A DNA stretch of 64,000 bases from Promethearchaeota archaeon. GTDB taxonomy: Archaea; Asgardarchaeota; Lokiarchaeia; Sigyniarchaeales; SOKP01. The notes below the pieces were generated by a model. That model saw nothing but the letters and a program-made list of their open reading frames with translations. It ran no database searches and was not told the origin of the DNA. The position numbers and the translations under genes are program-made. Position 1 is the stretch's first letter; each line of letters starts with the position of its first letter. Below, one piece after another: positions 10,369 to 19,700 of this stretch. The DNA lies in NCBI GenBank assembly GCA_048940925.1, contig JBHLOC010000028.1, positions 1 to 64,000 on the forward strand. Direction: 5' to 3'.

Positions 10369-12594
10369 ATGAAAAGAATAAATGAATTAATCTTCTTTTT
10401 GGTTCTTTTTTGCTGTATAAGTGGTATTTTTCAAAATTATCCAATTTTTCTGAAGAATTTAGAAATAAATACACGAACTCTTAACAATGATATCGATAAT
10501 CTTAATAAATTTCAAGATTTACACATAGGCAATTCAATCTATTCAAGTTATAATCTATCAGTGGAATTAGATAATTTAACTTCTACATTAGAAGGTAAAT
10601 TAGAAGTAGATTTTTATAATAATGATCAAGTGAATTTTAGTAAACTTCCTTTTCATATTTATTTATCTGGTATGAATTTCACTTCCAGACCTGGAAAAAT
10701 TGATATTATTGACGTCAACAAGTCAGATAAAACACCTTTAGTTTATGAAGTATACCCCCAAAACCAAACCATGTGGATACATTTAGATACCAAGCTAGAA
10801 CCTTTACAGAGAACCTTATTTGATATTTACTTCAATGCAACACTGCCTGATGGTGGAATTGACAGATCAAATTCTCATGGTAATAATTATGATCAATCTC
10901 GAATCTATAAATGTGCTGGATTTTACCCTATGCCATGTGTTTATGATATTTATGATGGTTGGAATACAGATCCATATCTGCATATTGGAGATCCATTTTA
11001 TTTTGATATGGCTTATTATGATTTTTACATTACTGTGCCTAATGGAATGGTTGTCGCTGCCACAGGAAAGTTAATTGAGAAAGTAAGTGATGGTTTTTTA
11101 ACAACCTATTATTTCAATCCAAACCATCCCGTGAGAGAAGTAACATTTTCAGCATCAACATGGTTTTATGTGGAATCTACTTTGGTTAATGGAGTTAATG
11201 TTTCTACCTATTATTTACCAAAATCTCAGTTTATATGGGAAAATAACGCATTAATTTACGCTATTCAAGCTTTAACTCTTTTTAATGACACATTTGGTGA
11301 ATATCCATATCCAACACTTAATATTGTCGAAGAGTACACATATTTTGGAGGTATGGAATATCCATGCCAAGTTTATATAACTGAATCTATCGATTATTGG
11401 TCTAATCCTCAATACTGGCTTGAACTTATAATTGCTCATGAGGTGTCTCATCAATGGTGGTATAATTTAATAGGAAATGACGAAGTTGATTGGGGATTTT
11501 TGGATGAGGGTCTCGCTGTTTGGTCTGAAAGTTATTATGCAGAAATTTTTTATGGAAACTGGATATATTTTCAATATCCTCCTTGGATTGATGAAGTAAG
11601 AAATTATTATGCTGTTACAGGATTACCTTCAAAAATCAATGCTTCTGTATATAACGCTGTTAATGCAGATAATTATTATTATACTGCTTATACAAAAGCT
11701 CCATTAATTATTGAACAATTGCGCAGAAATATTGGTAATGCATCATTTATAGATGGATTGAAATATTATTACAACCAAAAAGTATACAAAATAGCAATGT
11801 TGTCAGATTTACAGCTTTCTATGGAGACAGTATATGGTAAATCTTTAGATTGGTTTTTTTTTCCCTGGTTTGATAATTTTTATCTTCCTAAATACAATTT
11901 TATCTCATGTACATATGATATGAAACAAAAAGTCTTGAAACTTACAATAAATGATTTAAACGAACCTCTTAACCCATACTCCTATTCTCAACAAGTTCCT
12001 CTGAGTTTATATGATAAGAATAATAATATGATATTCAATGATATATTTTGGATAAATGGAACTACATCATTGCAAATTTCGATAACAAATACACCTAATA
12101 AGGTGAGATTAATTTATACTGATGATGTTCTGGTTCAACTTGATTCTCCTTCTAAACTATATATAGAATCTCCTGTAGAGACTGTAGGCTTTCAAAATCC
12201 TGGATCCTTTACATTATCTAGCGATGCAGATGATCCAGATACAGACGGGGCTTTTAATCTTATATGGACTGATTCTGATGGAGCAGATAATTACTCTATT
12301 TATCTACATAATAGTAAAATTACAGAAATAAACGAAACACTCACGACAGTTGTTTCTCAAACTGCAGTATCACCCTTTTCAATAACAGGACTATCAAGCG
12401 GTGATTATTATTATATAATTGTAGCTTATAATGAAACAGGTCAAACAATGTCCAACTGTATTCATATTACGGTTAAAAAGGGTGGGGCTGATAGGGGGAT
12501 TCCAGGGTATAATTCAGCTCTCCTTATTGGTGTTCTTTTTGCTATATCAATACTAATCTATAAAAAAGTAAATGAATTAATTAAGAATTCCTAA
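10369..12594 (+). CDS. Secreted M1 family metallo-aminopeptidase with FN3-like domain and GIPGY anchor
   Basis: GGMEY exopeptidase motif, HEVSHQWW...FLDEG zinc motif, YTKA; C-terminal GIPGY+TM+basic tail. Confidence 0.92.
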   Translation: MKRINELIFFLVLFCCISGIFQNYPIFLKNLEINTRTLNNDIDNLNKFQDLHIGNSIYSSYNLSVELDNLTSTLEGKLEVDFYNNDQVNFSKLPFHIYLSGMNFTSRPGKIDIIDVNKSDKTPLVYEVYPQNQTMWIHLDTKLEPLQRTLFDIYFNATLPDGGIDRSNSHGNNYDQSRIYKCAGFYPMPCVYDIYDGWNTDPYLHIGDPFYFDMAYYDFYITVPNGMVVAATGKLIEKVSDGFLTTYYFNPNHPVREVTFSASTWFYVESTLVNGVNVSTYYLPKSQFIWENNALIYAIQALTLFNDTFGEYPYPTLNIVEEYTYFGGMEYPCQVYITESIDYWSNPQYWLELIIAHEVSHQWWYNLIGNDEVDWGFLDEGLAVWSESYYAEIFYGNWIYFQYPPWIDEVRNYYAVTGLPSKINASVYNAVNADNYYYTAYTKAPLIIEQLRRNIGNASFIDGLKYYYNQKVYKIAMLSDLQLSMETVYGKSLDWFFFPWFDNFYLPKYNFISCTYDMKQKVLKLTINDLNEPLNPYSYSQQVPLSLYDKNNNMIFNDIFWINGTTSLQISITNTPNKVRLIYTDDVLVQLDSPSKLYIESPVETVGFQNPGSFTLSSDADDPDTDGAFNLIWTDSDGADNYSIYLHNSKITEINETLTTVVSQTAVSPFSITGLSSGDYYYIIVAYNETGQTMSNCIHITVKKGGADRGIPGYNSALLIGVLFAISILIYKKVNELIKNS

Positions 12595-12728
12595 TTTTTT
12601 TCAATTTTATTTTTCTTTTTTTAACTATGAAATTTTAGATTAGATCTATAGATTGATACTTTTTAAGAGAAATAAATATATCACTTCTAATTTTTTTAAT
12701 TAAAAGGAGAATGGTCCCTCCCCCCGGA

Positions 12729-12757
12729 ATCTAGCTAGATCCGAATTAGATCCATAT
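12729..12757 (-). other. tRNA-Tyr intron 2 (non-canonical 59/60 position, 29 nt)
   Basis: Removal restores T loop CUCGAAU; central helix CUCG/CUAG, bulges AA|A and AU|U, intron stem UGGAUCU/GGAUCUA. Confidence 0.85.
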
Positions 12758-12779
12758 TTCGAGCCGGGGACCGCTCGGT

Positions 12780-12834
12780 TTCAATTTCGACTGACGTATC
12801 TTCATTAGCTACAGGCTTTAATACGCGATATTAT
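12780..12834 (-). other. tRNA-Tyr intron 1 (canonical 37/38 position, 55 nt)
   Basis: Removal restores the 7-nt loop CUGUAGA; relaxed BHB with central helix CUGU/AUUG and bulges AG|A and AA|A. Confidence 0.85.
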
Positions 12835-13132
12835 CTACAGCCGAGCACTCTGACCACTGAGTTAGGGAGGGAATATGGTTTAAAATTAAATAGTAAATTA
12901 ATTAATTTATTTTTTATTATTTCCAATTTAGAGTACATAATAACAAGCATTTTTACAATATTTTCTTTTTTAACTAAAAAAATACTCTATTTTGTTTAAG
13001 AAAACTTATTAAACAAAAAATTTTCCTATATTATTAACATATAAATTTCAATAAAAAATCGCAAACTACTTTTGTTGTGAAAAAATTTTATTATTTAATA
13101 GTCTTATAAAATTATACTAATATTTTTTAGAA

Positions 13133-13138
13133 AGGTGA
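13133..13138 (+). promoter_or_regulatory. Shine-Dalgarno site AGGTGA for E2
   Basis: AGGTGA ends 6 nt before the in-frame ATT at 13145. Confidence 0.65.
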
Positions 13139-13144
13139 TTAATA

Positions 13145-13654
13145 ATTAGAGAAGAGACCGATTATACTGAAAGCATTGAGAGTTATAAAGACGATCCTAG
13201 TGTCATTTTAGAGCCATGGGGTAGAAGTATAGATCATTTAAGACTTACTATCATTGGGAAGAAGGGAACTCCTTACGCAGATGGAAAGTTCGTTTTTGAA
13301 ATCAAATTCCCTGAGAATTACCCGTTCGCACCTCCCTATGCTTATGCAGTTACTTTAATGTGGCATCCTAACATTGATTCATCTATTCCCCCAGGAAAAT
13401 TGAATATATGTCTAGATTTAATTAATCCAGATCTAGTAGGTAAAGTGGATGCAAGTACTGGAGCAAGCGGTTGGACACCTTCAAAAACACTAACTAATAT
13501 TATTGAAGCTTTAAAAGGGATGATGCATATGGAACCTCCCTTCTTTAATCCTGGAGATCCCCTTAACCATGAAGCCGGTGAACAATATTTTCGTGCTTTA
13601 AAGAAATTTGAAGCTAAGGCTAAAAGTTGGACAGCCAAATATGCCATGGATTAA
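13145..13654 (+). CDS. Ubiquitin-conjugating enzyme E2 (UBC fold), probable ATT start, about 169 aa
   Basis: Frame is open upstream of the tracked ORF: IREETDYTESIESYKDDPSVILEPWGRSIDHLRLTIIGKKGTPYADGKFVFEIKFPENYPFAPP...MWHPNID...ICLDLI...WTP. No in-frame ATG/GTG/TTG between the TGA at 13136 and 13358. Confidence 0.9.
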   Translation: MREETDYTESIESYKDDPSVILEPWGRSIDHLRLTIIGKKGTPYADGKFVFEIKFPENYPFAPPYAYAVTLMWHPNIDSSIPPGKLNICLDLINPDLVGKVDASTGASGWTPSKTLTNIIEALKGMMHMEPPFFNPGDPLNHEAGEQYFRALKKFEAKAKSWTAKYAMD

Positions 13655-13743
13655 AGGAATTTAACTAGCTTTTATTTCCTATTTTTATTTTTTATGTGTT
13701 AGACTTATAAATTTAAAAAGACTTAAATTTCAAGTTAAAAAAT

Positions 13744-14364
13744 ATGAAAGAGTTCTTATTTAAGAATAAAAAAGTTATAATTTTCGATTTAGATGGAACC
13801 CTCGTACATTTAAAAGTAGATTGGAAGTCATTGAAAAATAACTTAACTGAAAAATATAACAAACTTTATAAGGATAAATGCAATTTTAAGAGTATTTCCG
13901 CATGTCTTAGCAAAATTGTAGAGAGGAATGATGAAAAAGTGCTTGAAGACTTTTTTAAAATTATTCGCCATTATGAATTTAAAAATATTGGGGAAAATCG
14001 GCCAATTAAAGAAACAATTTCGTTTATCAATAATAGAGATTTATTTGGTATAGATAAAGATACTAAATTTGCAATTTTATCACTTAATACAAGAAGTACA
14101 ATAATTAATTCATTAAAATTAGCAAAAATCTTTGAAAAGGTAGATTATATAGTAGGAAGAGAAGATGTTATAAAATGGAAACCAGATCCGGAAGGTCTTT
14201 TTAAAATTAAATCTCATTACAATTTAAAAAATGAAGAAATGATATACTTTGGGGATAAAGAAAATGATATTAAAACTGGACAAAATGCTGGTATTCAGGT
14301 TCATTATATAGATGAGTTAATAGTTTTTATAAATAGAAAAATAGTTGAATTAAAAACTCTCTAA
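13744..14364 (+). CDS. HAD family phosphatase
   Basis: IIFDLDGTL motif I, KPDPEGL, YFGDKENDIKTGQNAG. Confidence 0.92.
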   Translation: MKEFLFKNKKVIIFDLDGTLVHLKVDWKSLKNNLTEKYNKLYKDKCNFKSISACLSKIVERNDEKVLEDFFKIIRHYEFKNIGENRPIKETISFINNRDLFGIDKDTKFAILSLNTRSTIINSLKLAKIFEKVDYIVGREDVIKWKPDPEGLFKIKSHYNLKNEEMIYFGDKENDIKTGQNAGIQVHYIDELIVFINRKIVELKTL

Positions 14365-14939
14365 ATCTGTTGGAAAGTAATGCCTTTTATTTTCATAAAG
14401 GTAAAAACTTCATCCTTTTTTTCAAAATACTTAAAAAAACCATAATTAGTTACTTTTGCTATAATTTCTTCATCCTTTAGATGATGATCATCAACAGATA
14501 ACCAACCTTTATCTTTTAAAACACGATACAATTCTTTTAAAATACTTTCTGGATCTGATAAATGATGGAAAATATCTAATAAAAGAACAACATCTATGCT
14601 TTTTTCTTCTAAATTTGTATCACAATCAGTTAGAATTGTTTGAATATTTTTAAGTCCTCTTTTTTCTGCTCTTTTTTTAACTTCTTCAATAGCTAAGGGA
14701 TTAATATCAGCAGCATATACTTTTCCAGTGTTACCCACAACCTCTGCTGCGGCTATAGTATAACTCCCTGGACCACATCCATAATCTAATACCAAATCTC
14801 CGTTTTTTATTTTTGTTTTTTCAATTTTTAGATGTGGTGGATAATCTTTATCACGTTTTTCAAAGTGTTTAACCATAAACTTGAAATGAGTTTTACTCAT
14901 TGGTATATCTTTTTTCTTTTTCTCTGGAAATGCCAACAC
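14361..14939 (-). CDS. Class I SAM-dependent methyltransferase
   Basis: VLDYGCGPGSYT, VYAADIN, SIDVVLLLDIFHH, LYRVLKDKG; exact start uncertain. Confidence 0.9.
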   Translation of the reverse strand: MLAFPEKKKKDIPMSKTHFKFMVKHFEKRDKDYPPHLKIEKTKIKNGDLVLDYGCGPGSYTIAAAEVVGNTGKVYAADINPLAIEEVKKRAEKRGLKNIQTILTDCDTNLEEKSIDVVLLLDIFHHLSDPESILKELYRVLKDKGWLSVDDHHLKDEEIIAKVTNYGFFKYFEKKDEVFTFMKIKGITFQQI

Positions 14940-14970
14940 CTCTATTTAAGATATATATAAAAATAAAAAT

Positions 14971-16584
14971 TCACATAAAAGTGATTATCACATTATATTT
15001 TTTAATTTCTGATTCTGCAAGTGCTTTTCCTAAAGGAGTTAATGTAATAATATCATTAGATTTTACTTTTATTGAAGTTAATTTGATATCAGGATCTTTT
15101 AGTGAGGGCATGTATGGATTCCAATATATCTCTTTAGTCATTGGATTAGTAATCATCCAAAATTCTGGATCCAAATTATATCCTGAAACCTCCATTGCGT
15201 TAAATATATAACCAATATCAGCATCAAAAGGCACTACAATTTGTACATTTTCCTCACCTTCGATCTTTCCGCATGCTAAACAATCATCCCTTTTTATTAT
15301 ATTTAAATGATCAAATTGACCATAAATACCATTGTAGTTTATGTAAGGAGGATCCATGGGAGATCCAATATTTCTACCATTAACACGAAACAATAGTTTG
15401 AGTGCTTCTTGAGATTGAATACTTGCAATTACGGAACTGACAGTCTGAATCGCTGCTATTTTATTGCCAAGAATATTTTCCATTTCTTCAAATTTGTAAT
15501 CTGGACCAAATGTATTTCTTATATTATTTTTCCATTCTTTAATCTCTTCTTCAGTTAATGTCTTTCTTCTCTCTGGATTAACATTTTCATTAAAAACTCG
15601 TTCTCTTAATTGCTCTAATTCTTCTTGAGCTAATTCTTTTAATTTAAGAACGTCACTATTTAAATTAAGATCAGGTTTATGTCCATACTTTTTTTCAAAA
15701 CTAACTTCAGCTTTTATAACACAATGATTTCTATTTCGAGGTAAACCTTTTAATGTGCATGCTGCAACTAATTTATCATCAGCTGGAGGAATTGGTACTA
15801 AGCATCTGTAACATGGCGTTTGATCTAAAAATTCTGGGGCGTATTTCCAGTCAAAAACCATTTCAATTTCTTTTCTAAATTTTTCTTTTAAGGGGTTAAT
15901 TTTTTCTTCAATTAATTGTTCTATTTCCTCTTCGAGTTCTTCAATTCTTTTCTTAGCTTGAAAATATTCGGGATATTCCATATCAGTAATCTCCCATAAT
16001 CTCTCTTGCACTAAATTATCAATTTCTCTTTCTTTATCTTTATATTGTATACCAGAACCATCAGGAATTACAATTTGAACATGACCCTCGAATCCGACAG
16101 TACCACCTTCAATCATCGGTTTTTTTAGTCTAAGACAGATTTTATTTAAGTCTAATCTAGCGTTAAAATTATCTAATGCTGCAATTATTACATCTGCTTC
16201 CTCATATACCGCTATAGGAAGTTTCTGAAGTTTTTCAAAATAAAAATCAACCTTTAAAAAAGGATTCATTTCTTTCAATCGTTCCGCTGCTACTTCTGCT
16301 TTAGGTCGTCCCTCATCTCCAGGTTTGAATAGCATTTGTCTAGATAAATTTGATGTTTCAATAGTATCTAAATCAACTAAGATCAGCTTACCTATTCCCA
16401 TCAGAGCGAAATCTTTTGCAATTTCACAGCCTTTCACGAAAATTATTATTTATAATATTCTTAATGCGCCTACTCCGATGATTAAGATACATCCCTTATT
16501 TATAACATCTTGATCCCAGCCATCAATTAATTGTTGTCGGGCATACATCCGCAACTTTACTAAATCTTCTACTTTTTCTGTCAT
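14971..16584 (-). CDS. Ubiquitin-activating enzyme E1 (Uba3/Uba1-like, ThiF family), split by a 30-nt insert; exon 1 16584-16462, exon 2 16431-14971; 527 aa if spliced
   Basis: Exon 1 MTEKVEDLVKLRMYARQQLIDGWDQDVINKGCILIIGVGAL joins GCEIAKDFALMGIGKLILVDLDTIETSNLSRQMLF; CYRC and CLAC zinc pairs; catalytic-type CTLKGLPRNRNHC; C-terminal ubiquitin-fold-like domain. Confidence 0.9.
16432..16461 (-). other. Putative bulge-helix-bulge mRNA intron in E1 (30 nt, in-frame TAA)
   Basis: AGAATATTATAAATAATAATTTTCGTGAAA lies between GCA TTA and GGC TGT GAA; it folds GGC-GCAU-UA|A-GAAUAUUAU-loop-AUAAUUUUC-GUGA-AA|G-GCU. Confidence 0.75.
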
Positions 16585-16738
16585 TTTAATTCTTTGTTTA
16601 TGGTATTATAATAATATTATTCTTTCATCAAAATTTAAAATCTTTTAGTTAATTTTAAAGATATAATATGGATAGATAAAATAAAAATAAACCAGTTTTA
16701 AATTTATAAAAAGTAGTAATTATTAAGCTAAGAAAACA

Positions 16739-19700
16739 TTATTCTCTTTTTTTTTTACCTTTATCAGCTTCTTTAATCAATTTTTTGAGACTATCTATTT
16801 CTTCTCTTTCTTTATCTCGTTTTAATTTCTCTTCTTCTTTCTTTTTTTCTTTTGCCCTTTTACCTATCTCATCAATAAGTTCTTGTTTAATTTTAATTAA
16901 ATCACTCATTTTTTTTCTAAATTCTTTTGCCTCGAGTTTAATTTGTTCCTTTTGTTCTTTATCTTTTGATTTTGCTTTACTTAATCCCTCCTCAATCAAT
17001 TTCATAATTTTATCTGTTTCATTACTAACTTCACTAATTGCTTGTTCCATTTCAGCATCTTTAACTTCTCTTCTTCTTTTTTCTAATATCCGTTGGTTTT
17101 CTAATTGTTTTTGAATTTCATTAATTCTTGATTCCTCAGCTTTAATTCTAGTTTCCAGAATTTTAGTATTTTTTATTTCTGATTCGATATATTTAATTTC
17201 TTCTTGCCATCCAATTTCTTTAAATTTGGAAATAGCGTTATTAAACTTTTCATATGCATTTTCAAAATCATGATATGCTACTAGTTTCTTTCCTTCATCA
17301 ATGAATTTTAATCCCTCATCTCTTATTTGACCAAAATGTTTTTTCTTAACAAATAGTTCCCTATATTGTTTTTCTTGTTCACGTTTTAGTAGTTCTTGTT
17401 CTAATCTTCTCCTTCTTACCTCTTCCTGGAACTTTTCATATTCTATTTGTCTTTGTATTCGAGTTTCTTCTTCTAACTTCTTCTTTTTAAAGTAATTAAC
17501 TTGTTCTTGCTGTAAATCTTTGAGTAAAGCATTTAAATTATTTATTTCTGGCTCCCATCCTATATTTTCAGCTAAAATATTTCTTGCTTGAACGTATAAA
17601 GAAATTGCATTATTAAAATCTGGAGTAAGTTGTTTCAAGTATTTTCCAGCTTCATCGAGCAAAGAATAAGCAGATTCCCTGACACTCATCTGTTCTTGAA
17701 TCATTTTTTCCCTTTGTTTTTGAGCTAATAATTGTGCTTTTTTCTTTTCTTCTTCTTGCCTTTTTCTTTCATCTATAAGAATTTTTAATGCTTTTTCTTC
17801 TTTTAATCTGTCAATTTCTTTTTGAATTTTTAATTCTTCTTGCTCTTCTCTTTGCTTTATTAATTTATTTACCTTTAGAATCATATTATTTATAGAATCT
17901 GTAGGAAACTGTAATTCATTTAGAATTAATCCCGCTTTTCTATAACTTTCAATAGCTTTCTTATATTTCGATGCTTTTAGAAATTTTTCTGCATCATCAA
18001 GTATGTTAAATGCATGTTCTTTCCTCATTTCAAGTCTAGCTTTCAATTCATTTCTTTCTTGGATCTTTATTTGCTTATTCTGTAATCTTTCTTTTTCTAA
18101 TTGAAGAGAATTAGAGATATTTTGTTCAAATTCCCACACTTCTCTTTCTCTCTGTATACTTAATTGTAAATCATTTTGTATTTGTATTAGATGTTCTTTT
18201 TTCTTCTCTTGGACTTTTTGAATAGTCTCTCTAATTGCTTCTGTAGGAAATGAAATTTCGTTTAAAATTAACTCTGCTGAATGATAATATTCAAGTGCTT
18301 TATCATATTGTGCTTGATTCATATATATCTCTGCTTCATCTAGTATCCTAAAAGCATCGTCTTTTCTTTTTTCCATGTAAGCACGATACTTATTTTGTCT
18401 TTCAAGTTCGATTTGTTTACTCTTCATTTTTAACTCATTAATTTTTATATTTTCAGCTATTTTTTGTTGAAATTCAAATTGTTCACGGTCTTTCTGGAAT
18501 TTAGATTTTAATTCCATTTGCTTTCTAGTCAAATCTTCCCTGCTTTTCATTTGAACTTTATAAATCATTTCTCTAATCAAATTAGTCGGAAAACCTATCT
18601 CACTTAAGATTAATTCTGCTTTACGATACATTTCAGTCGTTTTATCGTATTCAGCTTGTTTTAACAAATTTTCAGCATGATCCATAATTTCAAAGGCTTC
18701 TAATTTACGTGATTCCATTTTCTGTAATAGGTTCTTGCGTTCTTGAATTTTTAATTCTTTTACTTCCAATCTTTTCTTTTCTCTTAGTATACTCTCAGAG
18801 ATCTTGGATTGAAATTGTTGTTGTTCTTGCTGTTGTTTAATCTTCAATTCTTTTTCTAATTCCTCCTGTCTTTCCAGATCACTTTTTCTCTTTTCAATTG
18901 TAGCTATTGTATTAGTTAATAATTTTAAATATTCACTGGTCCAACCTATTTCATTTAATATTTGAATAGCATGTTGGTAACTTACTATTGCATTATCAAA
19001 ATCTTGATGTTTAAGAGATTCATACCCATTATTAATCAAATTAAAAGCCTCTTGTTGTTTCATTAAGTTTTGAGCACTTATGAGTTTTTGACTTTTTAAA
19101 TTCTCTTCTTCCTCTATAGCCATTGCTCGTTCTCTATTTCTGTATAATTGTATTTGTTCCATAAATTCATAATTCTCCTTTTCCTTATTTATAGAATCCT
19201 GTAATAATTTTGCATTTAGTGTATCATCTTCTCTCTTTCTTTGTAAAATATTCTGAATTGCATTTTCAAGAATAGGAATTTCATCATTCCATTGAATTTG
19301 GGCAAAAATATTAGCCACATCTCGATAAATCTCAATAACATCTTCAAATTTTCCCTGTGAAAGAAAATTGTTAGCCTTATCCAATAGTTTAAATCCTTCT
19401 TCTCTTTTTTCTTCCCTAAATGCTAACTCTTCTTCCTGTTTTCTTAATATTATCTCTCTTTGTCTTAATTTTTCACTTCGGGTTTTCATATCTTCTAACA
19501 CAAGTTTATGAAACAATTTATCCTCCTTTTCTCGCTCAAGACTAGCTTTTAATTCCATCTGTTTTTTAAGTTCTGTCTCACCTTTTTTATTCTTAACCTC
19601 ATTAATAGCTCTTTGAATCAAATCAATTTCATCATCCCATTGAATCTCTTTAAAAACCTCAGTAGCCTTCTGATATAGTATAATTGCATCATCAAAATTG

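Larger units (their letters stand above)
12712..12871 (-). tRNA. tRNA-Tyr(GUA) with two introns (37/38, 55 nt; 59/60, 29 nt) and encoded CCA
   Basis: Acceptor CCCTCCC/GGGAGGG+ACCA (C1-G72, A73); D arm ACTC/GAGT; anticodon arm CTCGG-CTGTAG[intron]A-CCGAG; T arm CCCGG-CTCGAA[intron]T-CCGGG. Confidence 0.93.

Noticed and set aside
13136-13138. TGA as selenocysteine extending E2
   Set aside because: Another stop lies six codons upstream with no start codon, and the TGA is part of the SD site
15820-16065. Intein in E1
   Set aside because: No N-terminal C/S block or HN-C/S/T junction; the insert looks like a coiled coil
16435-16437. GTG 16437 as the E1 start (ORF track)
   Set aside because: It would delete YARQ and the GxGAL half of the ATP-binding loop, and it lies inside the proposed intron
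16450-16452. Stop recoding (Sec, Pyl or readthrough) in E1
   Set aside because: The stop is TAA, and readthrough would leave 10 extra residues inside the glycine-rich loop
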